Shown piece by piece: positions 11,801 to 25,300 of a stretch of DNA of 64,000 bases; the first letter of the stretch is position 1; the number at the start of each line of letters is the position of its first letter. The stretch is from Thalia democratica (Eukaryota). The stretch covers positions 37,386,001-37,450,000 of the forward strand of contig OZ241831.1 in the NCBI GenBank assembly GCA_965202585.1. Direction: 5' to 3'. The notes beneath the pieces are model-generated. The model had not been told where the DNA came from, did not search any database, and worked only from the letters and a program-made list of their open reading frames with translations. The position numbers and the translations under genes were made by a program.

Positions 11801-14800
11801 CATAACATTTGATTTTGAAAAACGTACTTAACTATCTGTTAAAAAACTATCAAAACTAACATACATTAGGTTTTTCTGGAAAAAAACATTGTTTTAATTA
11901 TTTGTGGTCGGTTATCACTCTTTTGACTAATGGCAAGTTGATATTTTAAGTATAAAACGTTTTAATTTACCTAAATCAATTAGATATAATTTGTAAGAAT
12001 AACTTTCCTTAAGTAGTAATTTTTGTTCTGGAAAAAAACTTTGTTCTAATATAGTTTTTTAATATATTAAAGTTCTTTTCAATTTTTTTTGTGAAAATCA
12101 ATTGTTAACTAAATTTTAGAATTTTTTCAAATTTATATGAAGCAAATATTATAAATAAACAAAACAAAAACTTTTTGAAATAAAAATAACCAGTTGTTAC
12201 ATTTTTTAAGTGCGTATCACCTTGTATTCGTAAACACTAAAAACTTAGTTGTACTTGAATTAGTTGTAGTTTATACTTTAAATTGTAAAATTTCAACTAA
12301 AACTATATCAAGTTATTTTTTACTGATGATTATTAAAAGTTCAAAAGTTTAGAGAAATTAATTACAGTTTTGCCAAGAGTAATTGAACTCCGCCTTTTAA
12401 TAAATAGATTGTTTAACTTAGCAGCCTTTAAACTCAATTAACAAAGATAAAACACTAATTTGTCTAACTAGTTGGGTTTCTTGGCATCAAAATCATTTAA
12501 CCAAAGTACAAAAAACCAGTGATTCTATAACCTTTTTGTAGTTTTTAATTATTAAAGGGCAGGATTTTTGGCGCAGATTAGCGATTAGATTACATCTCTG
12601 TACATTTGTTTTTCTTTGCTGGTATTTTTCGTTTAAATAAATCAAATTTAAATTATTTTTATTGATGACGAAACAATTGAACGGTTTATTTGTATGCTGA
12701 GAAAATTTATTATATTTTTGCTGCTGATAAGAGTATATTGAGTAAAATTTTATCAATAGAATTTTTATCGACATCAGCAGAAAATATGTAAACTATTAAT
12801 TTCGATTTTTAATCAACAAGTAGTATTAAAGTAAATTAAACTTAAAAAATAAATTGTCATAATAAATAGAGTAAGAAAAAACTATTTATGTAAGTAAGAG
12901 AATACGACAAAAGTGAACGATTGAACAACTATCTTTTAATTGAACTAAGTATTATAAAAACAATTGTCAACACTAAAAATAGAAAAACCTAGGAAAAAAA
13001 ATAAAAATGAGTTTTTAGTAGAAACTCATAGTTTTATTTTCTTTTTAAATTTCACTACTATATTTGTCTAATTTTTTCTTTTAATTTTTTTTAGTATAGT
13101 AGTAAGTAAGATAAGCTGATGGTTAAAAAATTTGGAATTGATGTAAAACATGAAGATTAGTTTTTTATAAATCATTTTATTGAAAATCTTCTTTTTATTT
13201 AAGTTTTCCATTTCACGCCTTGGATATAGTTTTTGAACTTCTGTCAATTTTCGGGGGTTGTGGTCCATTTAATTTAAATCTAAATAAGCAATATAATATA
13301 TTATTTTAGATTTAAAAGGCTTACCATTATATCGTTTTTAATACGAATAGTTTAACGTGGATTTTAGACTATCTTCCTTAGAATTATAAAGATAATTATA
13401 AAAAATATTTTAGCTTTTTAGTAAAGATTACAATATGGACTTTTTAGATCTCAGTTGAAATTTGTACTTGGTTTTTTACTAAACTAATGATTTAAAATTC
13501 AATGTTTTAAGCTAAAATTTAATACATTAACAAACTTTGTTTTAAATATAGTTTTGATGAGATGTATTAAATTCTATATTTAAATGGCTGTAGAAATTTT
13601 ATAATAAAATTTATTATATAAAAAAAAATTAGAAATTATAAAAATATTAATTATTCTTTTTGATATTGAATTTCAGATGATAATTAATTAACAATTTGTT
13701 AAAAGGAATTACGTAGTAGTAATATAATCATATTTTTGATAAGTTTGTCTTAAACTTTTGCAAAATTTCCAAACTTAAGTTATTTTAGTTTAAACATAAG
13801 TACAAACTATCTGACTGTTTTTATCAAAATACTCAATCAATTTTCAATAAAGTCATGATACTTTTATTTTTAATATTAATATTTAAATACATCCGTCATA
13901 TACTGTGGTTCTGTAAGATTTAAAACCAAGTTAAACTTAAAATCATATCGGTTGTATATATGTGTAGTTATATATTACTTTTGAACTTAAAGAATTATAA
14001 CAATATTTGATTAAAAAACTAATCAAAACCAAACGAAACTTAAAACGAACAAAAAACTAGCCTTAACTAACGAAACCTTTACTAAAACAAAAATTGCCAC
14101 ATTTTTTATTTTCGTATATTTTGATTTCCGTGGGCCACGAGTCGTGGCCTATGTGTAAGCTTAATAACGATTATTTTAAGTATTTTAAACGTTTTGCCAT
14201 TCAACTTGAATCTTATGTATATTGTAAACGTCTTATCAACTATTTTAATTTATTTTGTTACACATGCGCTTATTCTTAATCTTTTATTTGCATTCAGGTG
14301 TAAATTAAATTTAACCAAAACTTAGTGTTAAAAAATTTTTATAGTGAAATAATAAAACCGTTTTTTACTGGTACTTTTATGCCAGTTATATTTCTATATT
14401 TAAGTTTAGTTCGTTTTAGATTATTGTCTTCATAAAAATATATACCTAGTTTTTTTATATAAATAAAAAACAATTTAGTTAGCTGTTGGAAATAAGAATT
14501 ATAAGTAAAAAAATATCAGTAATATATTTCAATAATAAAGTAACTGAGAAAATAAAACTTGCAAAGTAATCACTTTTTTTTTTTTTGAAAAACTAATTAA
14601 AAACATTTTAAGTATATACACCTTATCTTACAATTTTCTCATACTTTTTACATTACTTTTATTCGTACGAATTATTTAAACACAGTTTTTTAACTTCAGA
14701 AACTAACAAAGATGAAACTGTAGCAAAATATAAGTATAAATGCAGTTTTTGATACTTTTTTTGTATTAAAGTTCAAATTTAGTTGACTAAATGGTTGAAT

Positions 14801-15151
14801 AATATTTTAAACTAAAGTAAAAGTTGTTTTCACTTTAGTTTTTGTTTTATTTTTTATAACTTTTTTATTACTAAGTTCTTTATCAAACATTTAATGTAGT
14901 CTCAAGTAATTAGTTTTTTTTTTTCTTAAACACTTTTATTTTTTACCAAAGCATTTAAACAACTCTGTAACCGTTATGGACTTCCGTACACCAGGTCGTA
15001 GGATTAATTATACTGAGAACCTTTTTTTTTCTTTCAATAAAGAACAATAATAACTGAAATCACAGGTAATTATTGTCAAAATACAAATTGGTATGATAAG
15101 AATCAAGTTGCAATTTAACAAATAATAAAGTTTATAAACAATGCTTTAAAT

Positions 15152-15347
15152 CAGTGCTACTGAAATGAGGTTCCGCGGAACACTAGGGTTCCGCGACGCC
15201 TCTCAGGGGTTCCGCGAAGCCTTTCGAAATTTAAAAAAGAACATTTATTTAATTAAACATTTTATGTAAAAATAAAATTAGGGGTTCCGCGGAAAAGTTT
15301 AAATTTGGAAAAGGGTTCTACCACTAGAAAAAGGTTCAGAAGCACTG
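15152..15347. mobile_element. hAT-superfamily MITE (196 bp)
   Basis: TIRs cagtgctactgaa / ttcagaagcactg (1 mismatch), perfect 8-bp TSD ctttaaat (15144-15151 and 15348-15355), four GGTTCCGCG subterminal repeats. Confidence 0.9.
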
Positions 15348-18300
15348 CTTTAAATCACTTGTTCAAAAATCACTATGCTTAATCTTTTTTGATAATTTAT
15401 ATTGAATTGTATTAATCCCTAAAGTATCTAAAATAATACAAAGTGTTTCTAAAAAAAACATTATGCTTAGAAAATGTTTTTTTTTTCACTAACGTAAAAC
15501 TTTTAATAGTTAGTACAAAATGACTTAGATACAAAGATTTAAATAAATATTAATTTAACTGCTTTGTTTAGAATAAAATGACAAATAATTACATTAAGTT
15601 TAAAAAAGTTAAAAGAAATTACACAGGAATAATGTTTTGTTGGCAAAAAAAAAGTGATACTGTGACAGGAATATTTTTCTTATTATTTTAGTAAAATAAT
15701 AGTAGTTTTCTTATTATAAACACCAAAGTGTAAAAAAACATTAGCACAAGATTTTCTACATATATTTGAACGTGTTTAAGGCTGCGTACTTTTTGTTTAA
15801 AGTTTTAGTTTAAGGTTAAAAGTATGAACTCAAAAGCATACCATTATTTTTATCTAAACACTATTTAAAAGTTAACTTCATATTTCAATGAAGCTACTTC
15901 TAGCTAACAGTTTGTGTTGAAAAATGTACAAAACTTGTATCAAGTTTGCAATAGTCCACGTTTCGTAAATTGAACGTATAACATTGTTGACCACATCAAT
16001 TACAAAATTTTATTGTTGATAAAGTTTATATGTAGAAAATGTATTCATCATTGAAAGATAATTAAAGTAGTTACATGTTTTGCAAACAATTTTTGACTAA
16101 AAACTTTTATTTATAAAAAGTCCATTAAAGTTTTTGTTTTAGTCGTATCTAATGCATCGCTAAAACTTTAGTAAATAAAGACTTTATAATACATTGTTTT
16201 CTTAAGATACTTTTCACTTTTTAACCAAAAGTTTATCAGTGTTCAAAAAGCTTAAAACTTATTCTGAATGCTTGGCTTTTAAACTTAAAAGTAAAGTTCA
16301 TATTTGTTTTATTACAACCTATTTTGTGTCATATGTTTCTCACAATTATTAAATAAACATTAACATAATACAATATTTCTTCTTGTTTGTTGTTTTTAGA
16401 CATCAGAAGTGACGTATGTATTTTTCGCAAAGAAAATTTGTTTTCACAATGAAAAATCTACACTCACTAGATTCTACCACACAGATAATATAATTATACA
16501 AACAAATTATTACACTAAATAAAAAATCTGTCTTGTGTTTTTTCTAAATATTTGTTTCTTTGAAGCCTGGTAAATTTATTATAGAAGGATTTTGAGTATA
16601 AAACAGTTTTATTCATAATCTAAATAAATAATTTTGCATACAAAGAGTAGAATCTTTGTTGAGTTTTTTTTTCTTTGTAGAATAAAAATAACAAAACATT
16701 TTTATAAGTATTATTAAAAAGTGTTTAATATACAGTCTCCTTGTTTTAACTAGTGACTATTTTAAAATTATAAACCTAGCTAATGCTAGATTTGTTTTAG
16801 TAGCTTTTTTATTATGATTATTGACAACTGATAGTAAATTTATTATATTTGGTATATTTTATTTTTGTGAGGTTTTATTTACCTATAATTTATTGTTATT
16901 TATGTTATTTTTTTAGTTAACTTTATATATCTAATAGGTGTGTTTTAAACATTAATCTAAAAGACTATAATTCTTTAAGAAAAAAAAATCAATAGAAGTA
17001 TATAATCAATCATATTTATTTAGTATTGGCGCCGAAAATATTAGCATAGGAAAACACACTACAAATAATTTGTTTATTTTTTTTACCATTTTTAAATCTT
17101 TATTAACGTTCTAAATACCTTTGGTAGTAAAATTTTGAAACTCTGCGTTATATTGAAATTTTTTTAAACCTTTTTTATTTGACTATTTTTTTATAGCATA
17201 TAATTTAAATTGTGAAATACAAGCTATATTAGAAAGAAAATAAGTATAACGTAAAATTTTATAATTTATCAATTTTTAACAACATTATACTACGATTTTT
17301 TTTTTTAAATGTAAAGTTTATAACCTATTAATTTTTTGTATTTACGAATAAAACAATAATTCTTTTATTTACTTACCATATTACTTCACTTACCAAATTT
17401 AAATTTGTTTAATTTAGTTCTTTTCTGAAACTGTTTTATTTTATTGTTTTGTTATTACACATAAAACAATATTTCTTATACTAACTTACCATTACTATAA
17501 GTATGTTTTTTTTTGTATTAGCTTATCTTTACTACTTATAAAATTTGAAAAAAATGTATCAAATTGTAACTGTCCTGCTGAAAACTTTTAAGAAGTAGAG
17601 GTTAATATATAAAAGGTAAACTCAGTTATCTTTATAAGTTGTTTTTCTAGTACATTTAATATTTTAACATAAACAAACATAAAAACTGTTTATTAAAATT
17701 TTAACGTAGTTCTTGTAAAAATTAAAATGTACTTTATGAAATTATCATGCTTTACTTTAGTAAACCTTTAGTTAATTTCAAAAATAAGTCCGACTAAAAA
17801 GAGTTACAACTGAAACTTTTTTTAATTATAATAAATGATTTTTACTCTTTTCTCGAGGTACTTTAAAGTTTAGGTAATATTTAAATTACTCCCATTTAAA
17901 AATTGAATAAGTAAGGTCTTAATATCTGTTTATGAAAATATTATCTAAAATTTTTGAGATTTCCGAATTGCTGTTTTCTTTATTTGAAAGCAAACAAATA
18001 AAAGTAAAGAATTTTCTAATTGTTATTCTAATTTAGATTAAAGTAGATTAGTGTTTAAGATAATCTACACAAACCAAACAAAAACTATTCTAAGAAAACA
18101 CAAGATTTTTGATAATTGCATGCTACTTGCATACATATGAATATAAGAGTCAAGGTCCATTTGATATACTTTTAAGTACTTATAAAAATGAATTAGTTCA
18201 AGTTAAACAAATATTTATATTTTCTACTAAAGTCGTTTACAGTCACTATATTGACATAATTTAGCTTAAAGAATTAAAATCCCTTAAATTTTCATTCATG

Positions 18301-20048
18301 CAGTTAAATCTTGTACGTATAAAAACTATTTATAATCAATAACCTATAAGTTTTAAGAACTTAAATTTAGTATAAGTATATAAACAGAAAGTAATACAAA
18401 CTTTATAACAAAGTTTTTCTTTTTAATTTGCTATTTGCGTGAGAAGAATTTTAACGTGCAAACTTTTATTTAACGTCACAAAATACTGAAATCACTTGCG
18501 GTAAACTTATTTTTGTACTATTTTTCGTAATTATAAAGAGCATTTACCCTTTAAATTAAAAAGAGAAGCTCTATTATTTTTTATCGTTTTAAAAGCAGAT
18601 TAAAAAAATCATTAAATTTCTTTTAAAATAGTTTGTAATTGCGATAAAGTATTAAAATAGTTTGTTATAAAAATAACGCAGGAAAACTAAATAATTAAAA
18701 GTTAATTTAAAGCAAAACAGTTTTTAGTACTCGTATAGTTTACTTTGTTAAACTATATATTTATACTGTTTACGTTTTTTTTTTAAACTTGCAATCTTTT
18801 TCTTTGAACAAAATGATTTAAGTTATAGAACTTAAGTTAAACTGAGTTCAATTTTTTAATTAAGCTCGTAATCCTAAGAAACCAATAACCCTTTATATTA
18901 AAAAACTAAAACATTTAAAGAAAACAGCTTTAATAAAAAAGTTGGTAATGCTTGAACATCTTACAGTTTTGAATATACAATACCTTTTTTCATTTTATTT
19001 TTGTACTTTAACAATTTTTTTATATTGTGAAAAGTAAGTTAAATTTTTTATAGTTTGCTCGCATTTAAACGTTGTTCTAAGAGTTTATTCGAAACTAGTA
19101 ACAAAAGTAAAAAACACAACCAGGTTAATATAGATCTTGTAAAAAAAAGATTTTTTTTTTAATTTAAAGCTTTTTAAGTTATAAATTTAATTAGAACTAA
19201 ATGTTGACAAAACAAATGTTTTGATATAATAAATATAAATGTACCAAAACAAAATTGTTTATTAAAACTTTATATAAAAGCGACAAGAAACAATCTACGT
19301 TAAAAATCAAACAAAACCTTAAATCAATTTTATTTAACAGCAGTTCATAAAACATGTTAAATTTAAAAAAGAATAAAATTTCATTGACGCAGCTATATTA
19401 TGAGATTATACAATGATTTTTAAAATTAAGTTGCATTTTCAATAATAATTTGTCAAAAATGTTTAATTTGCAGCATTAAAATATAAAATGTCTTCACAAA
19501 TATTCAGCAGCTGATAACTTTCTACTAACATTTCTATACTAAAGATGCTATTATTTTGTAAATCTTTTAAAAAACTACTTACAATAAACTGTATAAAATT
19601 TTAAGTATAAACTGTACATAAAAAACCATCAGCGATAAAAGCGAGAAAAAGATTGTAAAACGTAACCTTGCTTTCAAACACACAAAATACAATTTAAACA
19701 ATTGTAGGAAAGCTTAAGTACATTTTTTTATATTTTGCATAGTTAAATAGACTCATAAAAAGTTGTAATACCTCTATAGTAAAATGTTATACTTAATTCT
19801 AAACCTCAAGATTAAGAAATATAAGTTTATACTTAAAGCTTTACTAAAACACACAATAAAAAAACTTGAACTAAACATAACAAACCTTGAAATATATATA
19901 ATACATTGCACTATATAAATTTAACAATTTTAAACCTTTTAGAGTTTATTAAACATTATTTTTTCAGCTTGTAATTTGATACTTAAATTTAAACTTTTCG
20001 CGAAATGATGTCTTACATTTTACTATCTTTTATTTTTCGAATGGTATT

Positions 20049-20522
20049 TTATGATTGCTGCTTAGATTTTGTTGAACTAAAATCTGTGATGGACTCTTTC
20101 TGTTGATGCTGTTAGACTCCAACACAGTCAGTCCTAATAAAAGTATAGATAACAAAAGCGTAACTATAAAGTTAAATATTTTTTTTCTCTGATACATTTA
20201 AACTAAAGTTTTAAGTAGTTTAACCTTTTGATTTAAACCTAAACAGGTTTTAAAACAGACTTTATTAAACAAATTTCATTGAACAAAAGTTATATTTTGT
20301 TGATTTAATACGGTAAGTGTTTTAATTTACTAGCTAAAGTTAATAAAGCAATTTTCATAAACTAACATGGATGACTACTTTGACTTTCAGAAAAAGACTC
20401 TATCGAATTGAACGATTGTACAGATGAGTGGGGACTTCTAGTGGTAGAAGTTTCCGGCAATCTCGGTTTAATGACGGGATGCATATCAGTACTGTAATAA
20501 ACAGAACCGTACTACTGCATCT
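20049..20522 (-). pseudogene. Pax1/9: Pax1/9 copy C: 3' relic (terminal exon 20049-20133 and 3' part of the penultimate exon 20367-20522)
   Basis: Homologous to 33559-33647 and 33834-~34000. It carries CAG>TAG, a 9-nt deletion and a 4-nt frameshifting deletion. Homology ends abruptly at 20522, and the paired box is absent. Confidence 0.9.
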
Positions 20523-20770
20523 AACAAAAATTTTTAAACGTTTTATAAACTGATATTTATAATAGAAATCTTACTAATAAATTATTTACAAAGAATAGCA
20601 TAATTGTAACTATATTATTTATTTTCCCACGCAAAACATTATCAGGTACCTTCTATTAGTCGTTTGATACATCTAAATTTGTATGTTTATCTCAAAACTA
20701 GAAGAAAAGTTTCAACTGATACAGACAAAGTAAACATTTAGATAGCGAATAAGCCTTTTGTGAATCAGTA

Positions 20771-20926
20771 ATTTTTTTATATACAAAATATTGAAGTATC
20801 CGATACTTTCTACAAAATAAAAAGTGAATCTTATTTATTTAATACGCTTACGTATTAAATAAATAAGATTCACTTTTTATTTTGTAGAAAGTATCGGATA
20901 CTTCAATATTTTGTATATAAAAAAAT
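20771..20926. repeat. Perfect palindrome, 76-bp arms and 4-nt loop
   Basis: 20771-20846 is the exact reverse complement of 20851-20926. The paralogous site at ~44410 has only one arm. Confidence 0.95.
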
Positions 20927-22126
20927 AAAAATTATAAAAAAGTAGTAATTGATTTTTTTCTAACGTTAGTAGGATTGGCTATGTTTAAGTTTATGTTTTT
21001 AAAGGTATAAAATAAATTGTTGTTTTAGATTTATAATATTAATAATTTAAACTACTTCAACTTGAACAAACTAAATTATTTTGAAAACTTACTGAATTGT
21101 TTCTTAAAAAAGCTAACAAAAATGTCATACATAATAAGATTTTTCTAAAAAATAAAACTATTTTAAATTTATATCGTTCGGTAAGAACACTTTAGACTAA
21201 TGATCGTGTAATATTCAAAGTATTAAACTTTTTTAGCTATTTGATTTTAAAATCAATTCAGAGGTATTTATAGGACTTACTTTCGTAAAATATTTTTTAA
21301 AAGCAATTTTTTTTACTTTTGTATATTTTATAGTTATTAAGATAACTTTCAAATACTTACTTTCTATGTGAAAATAAGCTAGCAACTATCTTGTCGAAAT
21401 TGTTATTATTTAATTAAAATGATATAACAAAATTTAAACATTTTTTTTTACTAAAGATAACCAGTTGTTATTTATTTAAACATGTTTTAATTTTCATTTT
21501 TAAACGTTAAAAACTCAACTGTACCTAAAACAATTGTAGTTTATATTTTTAAACGGTAGAATTTCAACTAAACCTTAGCGCTTTGTAAGTCTACTTAACT
21601 AATTAAACGTAATATTTTTGATTTTTTATGATTTTGTATTCAATACATTAGTTTTATTTTGCAGCTTTTTTACACATGACTAAGTACGTAGCACTAATAG
21701 TCAGTAGTCAAATAATCTATATTCATTTATAATACACTGTATGAATTAAACTCAATAAATTGTTATAAAACAAAAAAAAAATGTATAAAGTTTTCATTTT
21801 TTTTGTGTTTCGGTTGCTTTTGAGTAACTGTTATAATTAAAGTATAAGTATTTCTTTACGAGTAGGATCCGTTCATGGGCAAAGGCAACATCTTATTTAC
21901 TAAATAAGATATATTTTTTTAAATTTCGCTTATAAGTTTGTTTTGTATAATGAAAAACTTAAAATAAATTTAGGAAAACTATAAAGTAATGTAAAATTTA
22001 AGTTTTGAAGAAAACAAAATATAGTTAAGGGTACAAATTAAAGCTTTACTTATATTATTTTCGTAAGTTGTATAAAAAACCTGTTGTACAATTAATAAAT
22101 AATGTATTGTTATAACTGCTTGGCTT

Positions 22127-22324
22127 TTGACAGGATCCATCAACCACTTTGGCTTTGTCAGAATTTTTGAAGGGGTACTGTCAAATTTTGATAAGGCAGA
22201 CGCATTTTGTGCAGTCTTATTGGATTTAAGTAAATCATTTGATAATGTAGATAAACAAATTTTACTAAGGAAGTTGAAACTTTATAATGTAAGAGGCAAT
22301 ATGCATCTACTAAGTAGTTCATAA
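22127..22324 (+). mobile_element. Non-LTR retrotransposon (LINE) reverse-transcriptase fragment
   Basis: CAVLLDLSKSFDNVDKQILLRKLKLYNVRG matches the non-LTR RT motif (F/L)LDLSKAFDxVxHxxLLxKLxxYGIRG. Short and isolated; the clade cannot be assigned. Confidence 0.85.
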
Positions 22325-25300
22325 CTACAGTTTAATATATAAAAATTAAATCAAGTTTATGGTTAAAATAACTTCTGTATAAAGTAATAAAAATTATATA
22401 GCTTTTTTTCTATTTATTCAATTATAAGTTTCTTTAAATGTTGCATTCAATTATTAAAAAAATCAAACTTTTAACATAAAATACTGATAAAATTCAACGA
22501 AAAATAGTTTTAGCCCATTACAATTTTACCTTGTTTAAAAAGTTGTGACCTAGTTTTCAAATAATTTCATGTCTGCCATTAGTATTGTTTATCTCGTTTT
22601 TATAAATTTAGTTAAAGTTAATTTTTAAATTATAAAAATGTTCTGTACTTCTATGCTTATTATCTTAAGTTTTAGGCTTAGACTGTATTTTTATTTTATT
22701 TTTTAAGACAAGTTTTTGAATAAACTATAAATAGAATTTTCTTAAGTAAACACGTAACTTAGTTAATGTTCGTTTAATCTTTATTTTAAAATTTTATCTT
22801 ATTGATTTTTTTTTCTAAGGTTTAGAAGTTCAGATCAGAAAATAATATTTTCTTAGCTTGTAATAAATTATAAAAGCATGTGGTGTACAACTCGATAACT
22901 TAATTTTTTTTTGTTCACTAGGTCCTTAGAGCTAGACTAAACTTTTTAAGCGCCTTTTTATCTTTCAATAAACAATATATATAGCAATAATTACGTCATA
23001 TTGTTTTATGTTTTTTTGCATAACCTTTGCATCTTTGTGTACTATTTATTTTAAATTAAACAAACTCGAGATAAATACAATTCTTTTTGTCTTTATGAAA
23101 CATATGTTCTAGAATTTTAAAAATTGCATTTTACTAATAAATTATTTGAAATCCCTTCAAGTGGACTCTGTAGAAAGTGATTAAGTTTAAATAATGTGCT
23201 TAATTTTTTATTTATATATATATATTTAGATACAAACTTACGTACTTTCAGGTACTTTACTTAATTTATCGTTCTTTCTATTGTGCATTTTAAATACTTT
23301 AAATACTTAAAAACATAACAACTGAAGTAATGAACAATAATGTATATCGTACTTAAATACTTAAGTTTTGCAAAATACTCATATTTAGTCTTCCTACTAT
23401 TATGATTGAGTATCACTATAATCAAAAATCCGAACTTGTCACATCATTTTTTTAATACATTTTTGAAATACTTTCGATTTTTAACTATTTTAAAATATTA
23501 TAGTTGTACAATTATGATAAAAACAATACTTTTCTACTGAACTTACTGGTTTAATACACACTTATTTGACTTTAGATTTGTTTGTATTAATTAAGAAAAA
23601 CTATTCAAAAATATTTAACTTAAAAGAAAAATGCGACAGTTTTTATTTTGAAAGTAATTTAAAAAACTAGTTTACGACATTATGATAATTATTTTAAGTT
23701 TTAAAACGGGAACTAACAACTATTTAAGCTAAAATATAAAAAAATGTAAAAACCAAAATAAAAACTACCGTTCTAAAGAATCGCAACTTGTCCCTAAAGA
23801 AAGTTTGTATTATTTTATAAATTATAAAAATTTGAACTTATAAGTAAAGTTTAAATTTTGTTTTTTGACTAATGATTTTTCGATTTAACTTTCACTTTAG
23901 TAATATATTTCAGTACAAAAACTACTGATGGATAACTAATTGTAGACGACATTTTTTTAATACAAGATCTACAAAGTGAAAGCAAACATTTTTTAATCGC
24001 ATAATTTAGACAGTTTAATTGTAAAACTTTCAGGATTGATTATTATTTCGAGCCTTTTGTTTGAGTATCGTTTCAGGAATAACTACTTGTCACTGCTTTA
24101 TTACAGGGATCTAAGATAAAAATTATAAGATGTTGTAGCTGACATAAAAAAAAAGTTTTACTATTCATAGTAACTCGAATGCTAATTATCAGATAAGTTA
24201 TGTAATTTTTTCGGAAGAGTTAATTATTTCTATATGTAAGTACTTGTTTTGACTCTATACTTAAGTGTATACTGAATATCAAAAACAAACTTTCTTTAGA
24301 ATGTAAGTTCTATTAAAACTTTTTGTGAGACAAGCTACTATAATCTATTTGTATGGTATTTTGTTTACTTAAGCAAAGAGTATTAAAAGTTTTAAAAAAA
24401 TCAAAGAACAGTTTTATTAAAAGTTCGATGACATAACTTGAAATAAAAACCAATAAAGTACATTTAAAGTTTCGTTTATTATTTTTTTTTTTTGCACTTA
24501 ATTAATCTTGTTAATTATGCAGAGAACATCTTGTAAAAATATTTTGTTCGTCATTAAACTTTAATATAATACCATTAAATGTTATTAGCGGTTATGACTG
24601 AGTTTACTATAGCTGGTTTTTATATAAACTGCAAAAAATAGCGAAATAGCTTTTAGGATTTTGCAAATTGTTCGCTTTCAAATTAAAGTATTAAATAGTT
24701 TTGTTGCCTGTTTTCAAAGTTTTATGATTTATACTATCAGTGATACGATGACAGAGATGGAAAATAAAAAGACAATAAAAATTCAATCAAAGTTGTTTTT
24801 TTGATATTTTTTCGGTAACAATTAATTAAACTTTTTCACAATTTAGATATTTTCAAACAAATTACTTTATCGTACTTTTCAGTAAATGATTATTCGTCAC
24901 ACCTTGTTAGAACTTAATCATTAAATCTAAACTTATTTTTATGATAACAAATAAAAACAATATGTTTAGATACTACGTTTTATCAACTGCATATTATTCA
25001 AAGTTCAATTTTTTTAATTTTAGTTTAAAAAACAAAAGCAAATGTGAAATAAACATTAAAAATTTTATTTAAAGATAAGTATAATTTTAGATCTAAACTG
25101 ATTTGTAAACAGATTGTTTGTAAGACTAATTTTTAATCTCCATGTAAAGTTTAACCGATAAAATTTAGTTTAGAATAATTTATAATATTTTATATTAATA
25201 AGGTACCATGATGTGAATACAAATGTCTAATTTGTTTTTTTGGTAGCATCTTCGTACAATTTTTTTTTATCAAAATCAATTAATTTGTTATGAAATTTTG

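Larger units (their letters stand above)
9000..20522. repeat. Oldest tandem unit (C) of the Pax1/9 segmental duplication
   Basis: Colinear homology blocks by eye: 9.1~41.5, 9.7~42.05, 11.5~44.3, 12.5~47.2, 14.2~48.5, 16.4~50.2, 17.0~51.8, 18.1~53.15, 19.4~55.15, 20.05~55.74 kb. Visibly more diverged than A versus B. The left boundary is approximate. Confidence 0.85.

Noticed and set aside
11129-13268. Short F/L/I/K/N-rich ORFs here and elsewhere in the track (e.g. 6182, 31136, 41238, 42238, 43551, 45206)
   Set aside because: Typical chance ORFs of AT-rich DNA, and the frames are not preserved in the paralogous units where I checked.
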